In this document: positions 19,174 to 27,310 of the stretch, piece after piece
Layout: each line of letters starts with the position of its first letter
Position numbering within the stretch: the stretch's first letter is position 1
Source of the DNA: Vicinamibacteria bacterium
Lineage (GTDB): Bacteria; Acidobacteriota; Vicinamibacteria; Marinacidobacterales; Marinacidobacteraceae
Assembly (NCBI GenBank): GCA_964291235.2
Contig: OZ219816.1
Span: 928,001-992,000, forward strand
Direction of reading: 5' to 3'
Length of the DNA: 64,000 bases
The notes under the pieces: generated by a model
What the model saw: only the letters and a program-made list of their open reading frames with translations
Told to the model about the DNA's origin: nothing
Database searches by the model: none
Position numbers and translations under genes: made by a program

Positions 19174-20562
19174 TTACTCCTGCTCGTCCGTCGTTTCCGT
19201 CGGCAGCACCACCCGGGCGACGCCGTCCCTGATTTCGAACTGCGTCCCGTAGGGTTCGGAGAGGCGCACCAGATCCTGCAGGATCTTGTCGGCGAGTTCG
19301 CCCTCCGCCATCATCGGCCGGCCGCGGACGTGGCGCGGCTGCCCGAATCCGAGGTCGATGGGGTGGAGCGTCAACTCGACCAGTTGCTGGCCGCTCCACT
19401 CCGGCACCGCGATGACGGCTTCCCAGATCTCGGGAATGGCCGGGAATCCGGTGGTGTCGTTGTTGTAACGCGCTTCGTTGAAGTCCGCGAGGCCGTCGTC
19501 CTCGCCCAGCCCGAGGCGGTGGTAGTTCTCGTAGGGCAGGCGCTGGAGCGTCTCGTTCTGGAACACGAAGTCGCCGAGGCTGTAGAGGATGGGCGCTCCC
19601 TTGTACATCTCGATGGCGCGCAGCGCGTGAGGGCCGTGCCCCACGAAGACCGAGGCGCCGGCGTCCACCATCGCCCGGGCGAAGGTCTCGAGGAACTGGG
19701 CGGGAACCATGCGGCTGTCGGGACCGGGGCGGCCCTCGTGCGCGTGGATCGTCACCATGACGTAATCGGCCTGGCGTTTGGCATTGCTGACGATCATGGC
19801 GATCTCCGCCATGTCCTCGGGGTGCGGCTCGGTACGGACTCCGGGCGCATCCGCCAGCTCGAACCGGTTGCGCAGGAAGTTCAGGCGGTCCCCCGACGCG
19901 GGCGGGTTCATCTTGAGATCGCGCATGGTCGCGCGGACGCCTTCGAGCTGTTCCCTGGTGACCTCGTAGGTGCGGATGTGCCGCAGCGGACTCAACCCCG
20001 GCCGCGGCGGGATGTCGTCACGCGACTTGCCGGCCATCGAATGGTCGGGGAAGGTCGAGGCAAGCGAAATCATCGCCACCCGGCCGTCCTTGGTCTCGAT
20101 GAATTTGGCCTCCCGGGCCTCGGCGAGGCTGCGTCCCACGCCCGCGGCGACGATGCCGGCTTCCCGGATGTACTGCTCGGTGAGCAGCATGGCCGGTGGT
20201 CCGTAATCCCCGGAGTGGTTGTTGGCCAGCGATCCGACATCGATCCCGGCCCACACGAACTCCTTGACCAGTTCCGGCTGGGCCCGCATGTAGGTGCCGC
20301 CGCTGGAACTCATCGGGTAGGACTCCCAGTCGTGGAAGAGGACTTCCACGTTGGTGAACGCCAGGTCGGCGCCCCGCAGGAGATCGATCATCCGCAGGAA
20401 CTGAGGCTCCTCGTAAACACTCAGCTTCCGGGTGATGATCGAATCACCCGTCAGCGCCATGGTGAAGCGGTCCTGGGCGAGCGACTCGGTTGCGAGTCCG
20501 GCGGTCAGGGCCCCGGCGATCAGGGCCGGCAGGAGTCGGGAAGTTCTTGTCTGGTGGGGCAT
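19174..20562 (-). CDS. CapA/PgsA (poly-gamma-glutamate synthesis protein A-like) metallophosphatase-fold protein, exported
   Basis: TGD, NVE, LANNHSGDYG, IHAHE, GHGPH, YSLGDFVFQ; signal peptide from MPHQTR. Confidence 0.9.
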   Translation of the reverse strand: MPHQTRTSRLLPALIAGALTAGLATESLAQDRFTMALTGDSIITRKLSVYEEPQFLRMIDLLRGADLAFTNVEVLFHDWESYPMSSSGGTYMRAQPELVKEFVWAGIDVGSLANNHSGDYGPPAMLLTEQYIREAGIVAAGVGRSLAEAREAKFIETKDGRVAMISLASTFPDHSMAGKSRDDIPPRPGLSPLRHIRTYEVTREQLEGVRATMRDLKMNPPASGDRLNFLRNRFELADAPGVRTEPHPEDMAEIAMIVSNAKRQADYVMVTIHAHEGRPGPDSRMVPAQFLETFARAMVDAGASVFVGHGPHALRAIEMYKGAPILYSLGDFVFQNETLQRLPYENYHRLGLGEDDGLADFNEARYNNDTTGFPAIPEIWEAVIAVPEWSGQQLVELTLHPIDLGFGQPRHVRGRPMMAEGELADKILQDLVRLSEPYGTQFEIRDGVARVVLPTETTDEQE

Positions 20563-20641
20563 AAACGCGATCCTCCGCAGGACCTGCGAGTATGGCAGAA
20601 AGGAAAACCCGCGCGGAAACGCCGACCCCATCGGCGGGCTG

Positions 20642-21424
20642 CTAGCCGGGAGTTTTCATACTCAGGGCCCAAGGTGTCGCGCAGATCACGCCAATCTGTT
20701 GATGATGTCGGGAGACACACACCGGGGGCGGGCCGCAGGCCCGCGTCGGCGCCGACCCCACCCGCCGGCATGGTTCCCGTCTCCGCCCGTACCCCACTCG
20801 GCGCGGTGGCCCGGTTCTCCTATCGCCAAGTGGCCCAGTGCTGGATGTCGCTTGACACCCACGCAACCAGGACCGGCGTGACGCCTTCGTGCGTGTGCGA
20901 CATCACGGCTCGTGGGGTTCCCGCCGAGGGGGACCATCCTGACGCTGGGGGTTCCATCCCGCCGCCCCGCTTCGTGGGGTGGTGCCGGTCTGGAGGTCGG
21001 CATGGTGGCGCGCAGGCACGGGAACGCCGACCTCCAGGTCGGCACAGCGGGCCGGCAGGCCCGCGTCGGCGAAGACCCCACCCGTCGGTATGGCTCCCGT
21101 CTCCGCCCGTACCCCACTCGGCGCGGTGGCCCGGTTTCTCTGTCGCAAATTGGCCTGGTGCTGATGTCGCTGGACACCCACGCAACCAGGACCGGCGTGA
21201 CGCCTTCGGCGTGTGCGGCATCACGGCTGGTGGGGTTCCCGCCGAGAGGGGACCACCCTGACGCTGGGGGTTCCATCCCGCCGCCCGCCGGTGGCGGGCT
21301 GTGCCGGCCTGGAGGCCGGCGTTCCCGTGCCTTTACGACATCAACGCCGGGGGGCGCCGTCCCGCCGAGAGGGGAACCATCCGGCGTCGATCTCTGCGGC
21401 GGCCGGATGAGGAATCCCGGCTAG
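20642..21424. mobile_element. ~780-bp non-autonomous element: terminal inverted repeats enclosing a ~320-bp tandem duplication and REP-like hairpins
   Basis: Left CTAGCCGGGAGTTTTCAT versus reverse complement of right end CTAGCCGGGATTCCTCAT (15/18); internal near-identical units starting at about 20728 and 21048; hairpin A at about 21016-21047 (+) and 21298-21331 (-). Confidence 0.7.
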
Positions 21425-22860
21425 CGGCGGTAATCCAGCGGTGGCGGCCGGTCGCCCAGCAGCGGCTCGTACATGAAGTCCGGACCGCGCGCGGCGTTCA
21501 GTTCCTCCTGTGCCGCCGTCAGGTGCGACGGGTCCAGGAACAGGTCGGCGGCGGTGCGCGCAAGGACCTGGGCAGCGAGGTGCATGCCCTTGAGTCCGAT
21601 GCTCATCCCACCACTGGCCACCGCCATCCAACTGTGCGACGGGGTCCCCGGAACATAGGTCGCGGTCCGGAACTGCGCGGTGGGCACCACCCAGCTCACG
21701 TCGGCCACGTCGGTGGAGCCTCCTGCGGGGGTCCGCCGCCATTCCATGACTTCTTCCTGCGATCCGATGGGGCGCGGTTGCTGGAGATGCTTCTGGAGTT
21801 CCTCCGCGAAGGCCCGTTCCTCTTCGGTATAGGCGAAGCCGCCGATGGCCTTCATATTGTCGAAGAGGAGGCGACCGATGTGCTCGTTGGGGAGCAGGTT
21901 GTAGATCCCGTGGATCATCTCGTGCTCCACTTCGGTTCCGGTCCCGAGCGCCGCTGCGTCGGCGGCCTTCAGGATCCGCTCCCAGTTGGCGCGGGCGGTT
22001 TCCACCGAGGGGTGCCGGTTGTAGTAATAGACCTCGGCGAAGTTCGGAACCACGTTCGGGGCCTCGCCGCCCCGGGTGATGACGTAGTGGATCCGGCTGC
22101 GCTCGTGGACGTGCTCGCGCATCAGGTTCACCATGAAGTTCATGGCCTCCACGGCGTCGAGCGCCGAACGGCCCTGGTCCGGAGCGCCGGCGGCGTGGGC
22201 GGAAACACCCCGGAAGCGGAACTTGGCGGACAGGTTGGCGAGCGAATCGCCCGGACTCGCGTCATTGCGGTCCCCGGGGTGCCAGGCGAGCACCGCGGCC
22301 ACATCGGCGAAGAGGCCCCCGCGGACCATGTACACCTTCCCGGCGCCGCCTTCCTCGGCGGGGGTGCCGTACACCCGGATCCGGCCCGGGGTTCCCGAGC
22401 GTTCGAGCCAGTCCTTGATCGCCAACCCGGCCGCCACCGAAGCGGTGCCGAAGAGGTGGTGCCCGCAGGCGTGCGCGGCGCCGACGCCCTCCCGCTCCAT
22501 CGGTTCCGGAACCGCCGCCTGGCTCACTCCCGGCAGCGCGTCGAACTCGGCGAGGATGCCGATCACCGGGCCCTCGGACCCCCATTCGGCGACAAAGCCG
22601 GTCGGCATTCCGGCGACCCCGGCGTCCACGGTGAAACCGCCGGCGGTGAGCTGTTCCTGAAGGAGTGCCGAACTCTGTTCCTCCTGATAGCCGACTTCCG
22701 CCCAGTCCCAGATCCGCAGCGCCACCTCCTCGAAGTCGGTGCGCTGGGCGTTCAGAAACTGGGTGACGATGGTGGCGGCGTCCGCGTCCTGGGCGGCTGC
22801 CTGGGACGGGAGCAAGAGGGCGGGTAGCACGGTCAGAAGCAACAAATGGCGGACTCGCAT
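21421..22860 (-). CDS. M20 amidohydrolase, AbgB-like, with signal peptide
   Basis: AEFDALPG, HACGHHLFG, GTPAEEGG, WHPG, GRSALDAVE, GSTDVADVSW. Confidence 0.92.
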   Translation of the reverse strand: MRVRHLLLLTVLPALLLPSQAAAQDADAATIVTQFLNAQRTDFEEVALRIWDWAEVGYQEEQSSALLQEQLTAGGFTVDAGVAGMPTGFVAEWGSEGPVIGILAEFDALPGVSQAAVPEPMEREGVGAAHACGHHLFGTASVAAGLAIKDWLERSGTPGRIRVYGTPAEEGGAGKVYMVRGGLFADVAAVLAWHPGDRNDASPGDSLANLSAKFRFRGVSAHAAGAPDQGRSALDAVEAMNFMVNLMREHVHERSRIHYVITRGGEAPNVVPNFAEVYYYNRHPSVETARANWERILKAADAAALGTGTEVEHEMIHGIYNLLPNEHIGRLLFDNMKAIGGFAYTEEERAFAEELQKHLQQPRPIGSQEEVMEWRRTPAGGSTDVADVSWVVPTAQFRTATYVPGTPSHSWMAVASGGMSIGLKGMHLAAQVLARTAADLFLDPSHLTAAQEELNAARGPDFMYEPLLGDRPPPLDYRR

Positions 22861-22970
22861 CGAGGGGCCTCCTGGTCAGTGGATGGGGTGTCGGACCGGG
22901 TTTCGAGTGTACCCGGAGGTGGACGTTGCCCGGCTGTACGGACGGGTGGCCGCCGCGTTACAGTGGCGAC

Positions 22971-23960
22971 ATGGCAATCGCAAGGATCCAGTCGGTCGTC
23001 ACGGCGGTGCTCGTCCTCTTGCTCGCCGCCACCGGACAGGCTGAAGACGAGAGGAAGAGGCAGGAAGAGGAGGGTGACGCCGGCCGGGTTGGGGCAGGTG
23101 TTCAGAAGTGGTTCGCCCAGCTCCCCGAAATGGACCTTGCGTCCAGGTCGCGAAAGCCCGCGGCGCTGGCGGCGGGCGCCGCTCAAGGGTTCTCCGGACC
23201 GTCCGGGATGCGAGTCGAACTGTTTGGCCGGGCCGGACTCTCGCTGCTGAACGTCACCGCGGAAGATTCGATCGGGATCGCCGGCGGGCCGGAGGGCTTC
23301 GGAGAATCCCTTAGCGCTACCCGGCTCGTTTCCGAAGTCGGCTGGGGCGGCGGAGCGCGCCTCATGTCGGGGAACTGGGGGGTGGAAGGCACCTACAGCA
23401 TCTTCGAGAGCTTGGCGCTTTCCCCCTCATGGCTCGTCATTGATGACAACGCGGGGTCGGAAGTCCAGACCGGAGTGCTCGATCAACCGTTCGTGCCTTC
23501 CCGCGGGTCCGTCCTGCTGGGCCAGGTGATTCGTACGTTCCGCTTCTCGAACAGCGCGGAACTCTCCGTAGGTCTCGGCGCCGGCTGGTTGCGCGCCACC
23601 GATTCGAGCACGGACCGCCTGCTGTCCGGAGGGCCGACTCGGGATGCGCAGCAACAGCTCGTGGAGGACATCTCCATCGAAATCCCGCCGGCCTTCATCC
23701 CCGAGGTGGAGTTCACCGCCGACCGGACATCGGTCGTCTATGCGGGCTCCCTTGGTCTTGCGTTTCGGCTCGGCCGGATGCTGCTCCGCCCTCGCGCCGA
23801 CGTCATCATCTCGAAGGCCCTGACGACCGAGCTGACCGTCGGTTTTCCGGACCTTGGCGAGTTGACCCCCGAGGATGCGGGGAGTTTCGAACTCAGCTAC
23901 GGCACCAGCGTCAAGCCCACCATCTTCCTGATCTCGTTGGACATCGGGCTCTCGAACTGA
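22971..23960 (+). CDS. Exported beta-barrel-like outer-membrane protein, paralog 1
   Basis: Signal peptide; alternating amphipathic strands ELFGRAGL, GWGGGARLM, WGVEGTY, VYAGSLGL, PTIFLISLDIG; fold is inferred. Confidence 0.7.
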   Translation: MAIARIQSVVTAVLVLLLAATGQAEDERKRQEEEGDAGRVGAGVQKWFAQLPEMDLASRSRKPAALAAGAAQGFSGPSGMRVELFGRAGLSLLNVTAEDSIGIAGGPEGFGESLSATRLVSEVGWGGGARLMSGNWGVEGTYSIFESLALSPSWLVIDDNAGSEVQTGVLDQPFVPSRGSVLLGQVIRTFRFSNSAELSVGLGAGWLRATDSSTDRLLSGGPTRDAQQQLVEDISIEIPPAFIPEVEFTADRTSVVYAGSLGLAFRLGRMLLRPRADVIISKALTTELTVGFPDLGELTPEDAGSFELSYGTSVKPTIFLISLDIGLSN

Positions 23961-24107
23961 TCCGCGTCGAGGAGCGCCGAAGGGGACCGCTGATCGGTCC
24001 GTCAACCAAGGTTCCTTGGCCAGTTCGGTATCGGAAGGGCAGGGGCAAACCCGTCGAGTCCGGCACTTGCGGGAGCGGACTGCGCCTGTCAATCTTCATA
24101 TGACTCA

Positions 24108-25178
24108 ATGACCGTTTCTTCACGTTGTTTACTGTTGGTGGTTGTGGCACTGGCCGCGTTCTCGCCTCTCGTCGCCGCTGGAGACGACGGTCCGAAGAAG
24201 GCTGGTGCGCGCGGGACTCCGGCCCCGGCCGGGAAGCCCTTCGGTGACGGCGAGGGAACGTCCTGGGAGGCGGCGGTCCTCTTGCGTGGGGCCTTGGCCG
24301 GGCTCCGTTCACCTGGGGAGTTCATCGCGGGCTCCAGCCATCGGGGGTTCCCTGACCTTACGAGAAGGCATCAGACCGCGGCGTCGGAAGGCACCCTCGT
24401 TTTGCCGACGGCTGTCGCCCAGGGATCTCCCGGATCCTCCGGGATTCAGGTCGAACTCTTCGGCCGCGCCGGTTTGGCGCTCCTGAATGCGTCGGCCGAG
24501 GACTCGCTCGGACTCGCGGCCGGGATCCCGGGAGCTGTGGAGCCGCTGTACGGTTCGCAACGCCTCTCCGAGTTCGGTTGGGGAGGAGGGGCACGGCTCA
24601 TGTGGGGCGACTGGGGCGTCGAAGGGACATACAGCACCCTCGATAGCCTCGCGCTCTCTCCCGGGTGGCTCTTTTTCGACGAAGCGGTGGTGGTTTCCGG
24701 GACTCCGGAAGCGTTCTTTCCCATGGTTGCCTCCCGGGCAAATGTCTTTCTCGGACAGGTCGTAAGGACCTTTCCGCTGTCAAACTCGACGGAGTGGTTC
24801 GTCGGTTTGGGTGGTGGCTGGATGCGGGCCGCCGACACCGACGACCTGTTCGTGGTGACACCGATGCCCAATGACCTGGACGACTATCCGACGGGGCTGC
24901 CCGCTGATTCCTTCGCGGGACTTGTTCCGGAGGTGGAGCTGACCGCCGATCGGAGTTCCGTTGTCTATGCCGGCTCCGTCGGTCTCCTGTTCCGGCGCGG
25001 ACGGGTTGTCTTCCGCCCGCGGGTGGACATCATCATCGCCCGCGCGCTGACGACCGAACTGACGGTTGGCTTTGACCTGCCGGACGTTGAAGAAGTTGAC
25101 GGCGTCGACTTCGTCTATACCAGCAGCGTCACTCCGACGATCTTTCTCGTCTCGGTCGACATCGGCCTCTCGAACTGA
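24108..25178 (+). CDS. Exported beta-barrel-like protein, paralog 2
   Basis: Same motifs as paralog 1 and identical DIGLSN C-terminus; signal peptide. Confidence 0.7.
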   Translation: MTVSSRCLLLVVVALAAFSPLVAAGDDGPKKAGARGTPAPAGKPFGDGEGTSWEAAVLLRGALAGLRSPGEFIAGSSHRGFPDLTRRHQTAASEGTLVLPTAVAQGSPGSSGIQVELFGRAGLALLNASAEDSLGLAAGIPGAVEPLYGSQRLSEFGWGGGARLMWGDWGVEGTYSTLDSLALSPGWLFFDEAVVVSGTPEAFFPMVASRANVFLGQVVRTFPLSNSTEWFVGLGGGWMRAADTDDLFVVTPMPNDLDDYPTGLPADSFAGLVPEVELTADRSSVVYAGSVGLLFRRGRVVFRPRVDIIIARALTTELTVGFDLPDVEEVDGVDFVYTSSVTPTIFLVSVDIGLSN

Positions 25179-25213
25179 TCCGATGCGACGCGCCCGGCGG
25201 CGCCTCGCTTCGG

Positions 25214-25480
25214 ATGACCGAGGGTGACTTCCGGGCGGATCGCGGTGTGGCGGTGCTGGGCGGTTCGCTGGGCCTCACGCTGAAAATGGCGCGGATGTTC
25301 CTGCGCCCTCGGCTTGACGCCTTCCTCGGCGGGGCGCGGACTACGGAGGAGAGTTGGGGCATGGACTTCGACCCTCCCGGGGCACAGGGTCAGACCGCGA
25401 GCACCATGACGCTCGACACGACCATGCGGCCGAGGGTTTTCCTCTTCAGCGTGGAAGTCGGTTGGTTGTCTCGACCGTAG
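25214..25480 (+). pseudogene. 3' fragment of a third beta-barrel paralog
   Basis: FRADRGVAVLGGSLGL..MFLRPRLD..RPRVFLFSVEVGW aligns with the last three strands of the other paralogs; no signal peptide or N-terminal half. Confidence 0.65.
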
Positions 25481-25549
25481 CTCCGTTCCCGGTTCCCACG
25501 CGGTGATCGGCCGTCCTGGGTTTGGCGTCGCCGGGAGGAGGCGACCCGG

Positions 25550-25939
25550 TCAGTGGCCCCAGACAGTCTCCACGTCCGGACAACCGAGAAGCCGCGCGTC
25601 GGCGGTGATGAGCCGCAGTCCGAAGACCTTGGCGGTGGCGACGATGAATCGGTCGGCCGGGTCTTCATGGTCCAGGCGAAGCTGCCGGCTGGCCGCCGCA
25701 ACCTCAAAGGTTAACGGAGCCTCGCGCACCGAGCGCGCCGCATCCCGGAGCCACGCTCGTGGGTTGGGGGACAGGGTGATGCGACCCTTCTCGGCGAGAA
25801 GGAGGGCTTCCCAGAGACTGATCGGCGACAGTCGCGGCGGTTCGGACGCCGTTTCGAGCTCTTCCCTGATCGACGACGGGAGCCGAAGCGGCTCGCCGAT
25901 GCCCCAGATCCAGACGTGGGTGTCCAGGAGGAAGGCCAC
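25550..25939 (-). CDS. vapC: Type II toxin, PIN domain (VapC family)
   Basis: LLDTHVWIW, SPISLWE, HEDPADRFIVATA, LITAD. Confidence 0.93.
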   Translation of the reverse strand: MAFLLDTHVWIWGIGEPLRLPSSIREELETASEPPRLSPISLWEALLLAEKGRITLSPNPRAWLRDAARSVREAPLTFEVAAASRQLRLDHEDPADRFIVATAKVFGLRLITADARLLGCPDVETVWGH

Positions 25940-26176
25940 TTAGCGGAGGGCTTCCCAGTCGGACGGCTCCGAAACCGGTGCGACGATGTCGCCGTGGATC
26001 GTGACGGACCCCTTCATCGAGCCGAGCCAGCTTCCGGCCGAACTCGGGGCGGGAGGGACGATTCTCGCGATCGGCTTGCCTCGCCGGGTCACCAGGACCG
26101 GTTCCCGGGTCTGGGCAACCCGGTCCAGGACCGCGAGGCAGGTGGCTTTGAACTTCGAGATTTGAATCCGCCGCAT
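25940..26176 (-). CDS. Type II antitoxin, Phd/YefM family
   Basis: ISKFKATCLAVLDRV...PVLVTRRGKPIARIVP; directly abuts the toxin gene. Confidence 0.93.
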   Translation of the reverse strand: MRRIQISKFKATCLAVLDRVAQTREPVLVTRRGKPIARIVPPAPSSAGSWLGSMKGSVTIHGDIVAPVSEPSDWEALR

Positions 26177-26182
26177 AGACCT

Positions 26183-26215
26183 ATCCTACTATGGTCAACA
26201 ACCATGGTCCAATAG
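26183..26215 (-). promoter_or_regulatory. Toxin-antitoxin promoter/operator
   Basis: TAGGAT 6 nt before the ATG; repeated GACCAT half-sites and an ACCATGGT palindrome. Confidence 0.55.
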
Positions 26216-26279
26216 GAGGTAACCGAGTTGACCCGGAATCTGCTCGGTCCACGCCCACGTTACCGGTGGGCGGAGCGAA

Positions 26280-27179
26280 CTATCTGCGGGTGGACCAGCC
26301 GGCTTCCACGCTGAAGAGGACGAAGAGCGGACGTACGGAGACTTCGACCGACTCCGTGCCGAGATCAACCCACTGGCGGCCAGCGTCCGGGACGTCGAAC
26401 TCGCCAGCCACGTCCCAGCTTGCCGCGGTTTGGCGCGTTCGGCCGAGCAGCACGCCAACCCGCGGCCGAACGAAGAACCGCCCGCTCCCCACCGTGATTC
26501 CCGCGGACCCCGCTACCACGAACGAGGACCGACCAGTCTGCTCTTGCTGGAGCGCAATACGGTTCGAAAGACTCTGCTGAAGACGCGGTTCGACTTCGGC
26601 CGCGTAGAAATCGGTAAGCAGGATCTCCTCCCGCCGGCTCGCGTCCACGGTCGGAAATCGGAGATAGCCGCCCCCGAATCCAATAAAGAGTTGGGCGCCG
26701 CCGGTCGTGATCGGGAAGCGAAAGATGCCCTGGGCGATCAGTAGATCCTCGGGTTCTCCACCCGGCGCCAGCCCCCGTAACGGGTCGAGAGCTGACTCCT
26801 GGATCAGACTGCCGGGTTGGAATGCGCCGGTCGGGATCCGTAAGTACTGCGTCTCGAAGCCCCAGCGCCCACGCATCGCGCGGAAGCCGGCTCCCCACGC
26901 CGCCTCCCGGTTGGACCGCGACGCCTCCGTGAGAAACGTCAACTCATAGGGAGCCGGGGCGTCCAGAACCGTCCCGATCCAGGCCACTTCGCCGTTGGCC
27001 GGGACGGTGGCAAGCCCTCCCCGCGCAAACACCTCGAAATCCCACGCCGGACGCGTTCCCGGTGCGACCCCCTCGGCAGTGAGAGATTCGTCCCCACGTC
27101 GGTCCTTCCGCTCGGGGGCCATTCCGAGCGCCAAGGAGGAAACCCCGAGGAACGCGGAGAGGAGCAGTACGAAGTGCAT
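26280..27179 (-). CDS. Exported beta-barrel-like protein, paralog 4 (divergent, opposite strand)
   Basis: EVFARGGL, AWGAGFRAM.G.WGFETQY, GRSSFVVAGSAGI, FVRPRVG, RPLFVLFSVEAGW; signal peptide. Confidence 0.68.
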   Translation of the reverse strand: MHFVLLLSAFLGVSSLALGMAPERKDRRGDESLTAEGVAPGTRPAWDFEVFARGGLATVPANGEVAWIGTVLDAPAPYELTFLTEASRSNREAAWGAGFRAMRGRWGFETQYLRIPTGAFQPGSLIQESALDPLRGLAPGGEPEDLLIAQGIFRFPITTGGAQLFIGFGGGYLRFPTVDASRREEILLTDFYAAEVEPRLQQSLSNRIALQQEQTGRSSFVVAGSAGITVGSGRFFVRPRVGVLLGRTRQTAASWDVAGEFDVPDAGRQWVDLGTESVEVSVRPLFVLFSVEAGWSTRR

Positions 27180-27253
27180 GGGATCGCCTCCGGCCGGAGC
27201 CTTCGCATCCTAACGCCCGAAAACCCGCTTGGGCGAATGCGACGCCCAGCGTA

Positions 27254-27290
27254 CAAACAAAAGGCGCCGGCCCGTGAGGGCCGGCGCCTT
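27254..27290 (-). terminator. Rho-independent terminator of the TonB receptor gene
   Basis: 13-bp stem AAGGCGCCGGCCC/GGGCCGGCGCCTT with a 4-nt loop, followed by a T-rich tract on the minus strand. Confidence 0.85.
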
Positions 27291-27310
27291 GAAGGTGCTT
27301 GAGGGGTCGC

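Noticed and set aside
19174-20562. Poly-gamma-glutamate capsule locus
   Set aside because: No capB/capC synthetase genes in the window
17746-21261. 1171-aa plus-strand ORF and other long antisense ORFs (2126-3718, 6837-9404, 9320-11449, 28322-30409, 30878-32977, 53112-55097)
   Set aside because: Shadow frames of well-supported opposite-strand genes in high-GC DNA; no recognisable motifs
20686-21424. Short ORFs inside the repeat element as a possible transposase
   Set aside because: No DDE or HUH/Y1 motifs; translations are Arg/Pro/Gly-rich and the duplicated units differ by frameshifting indels
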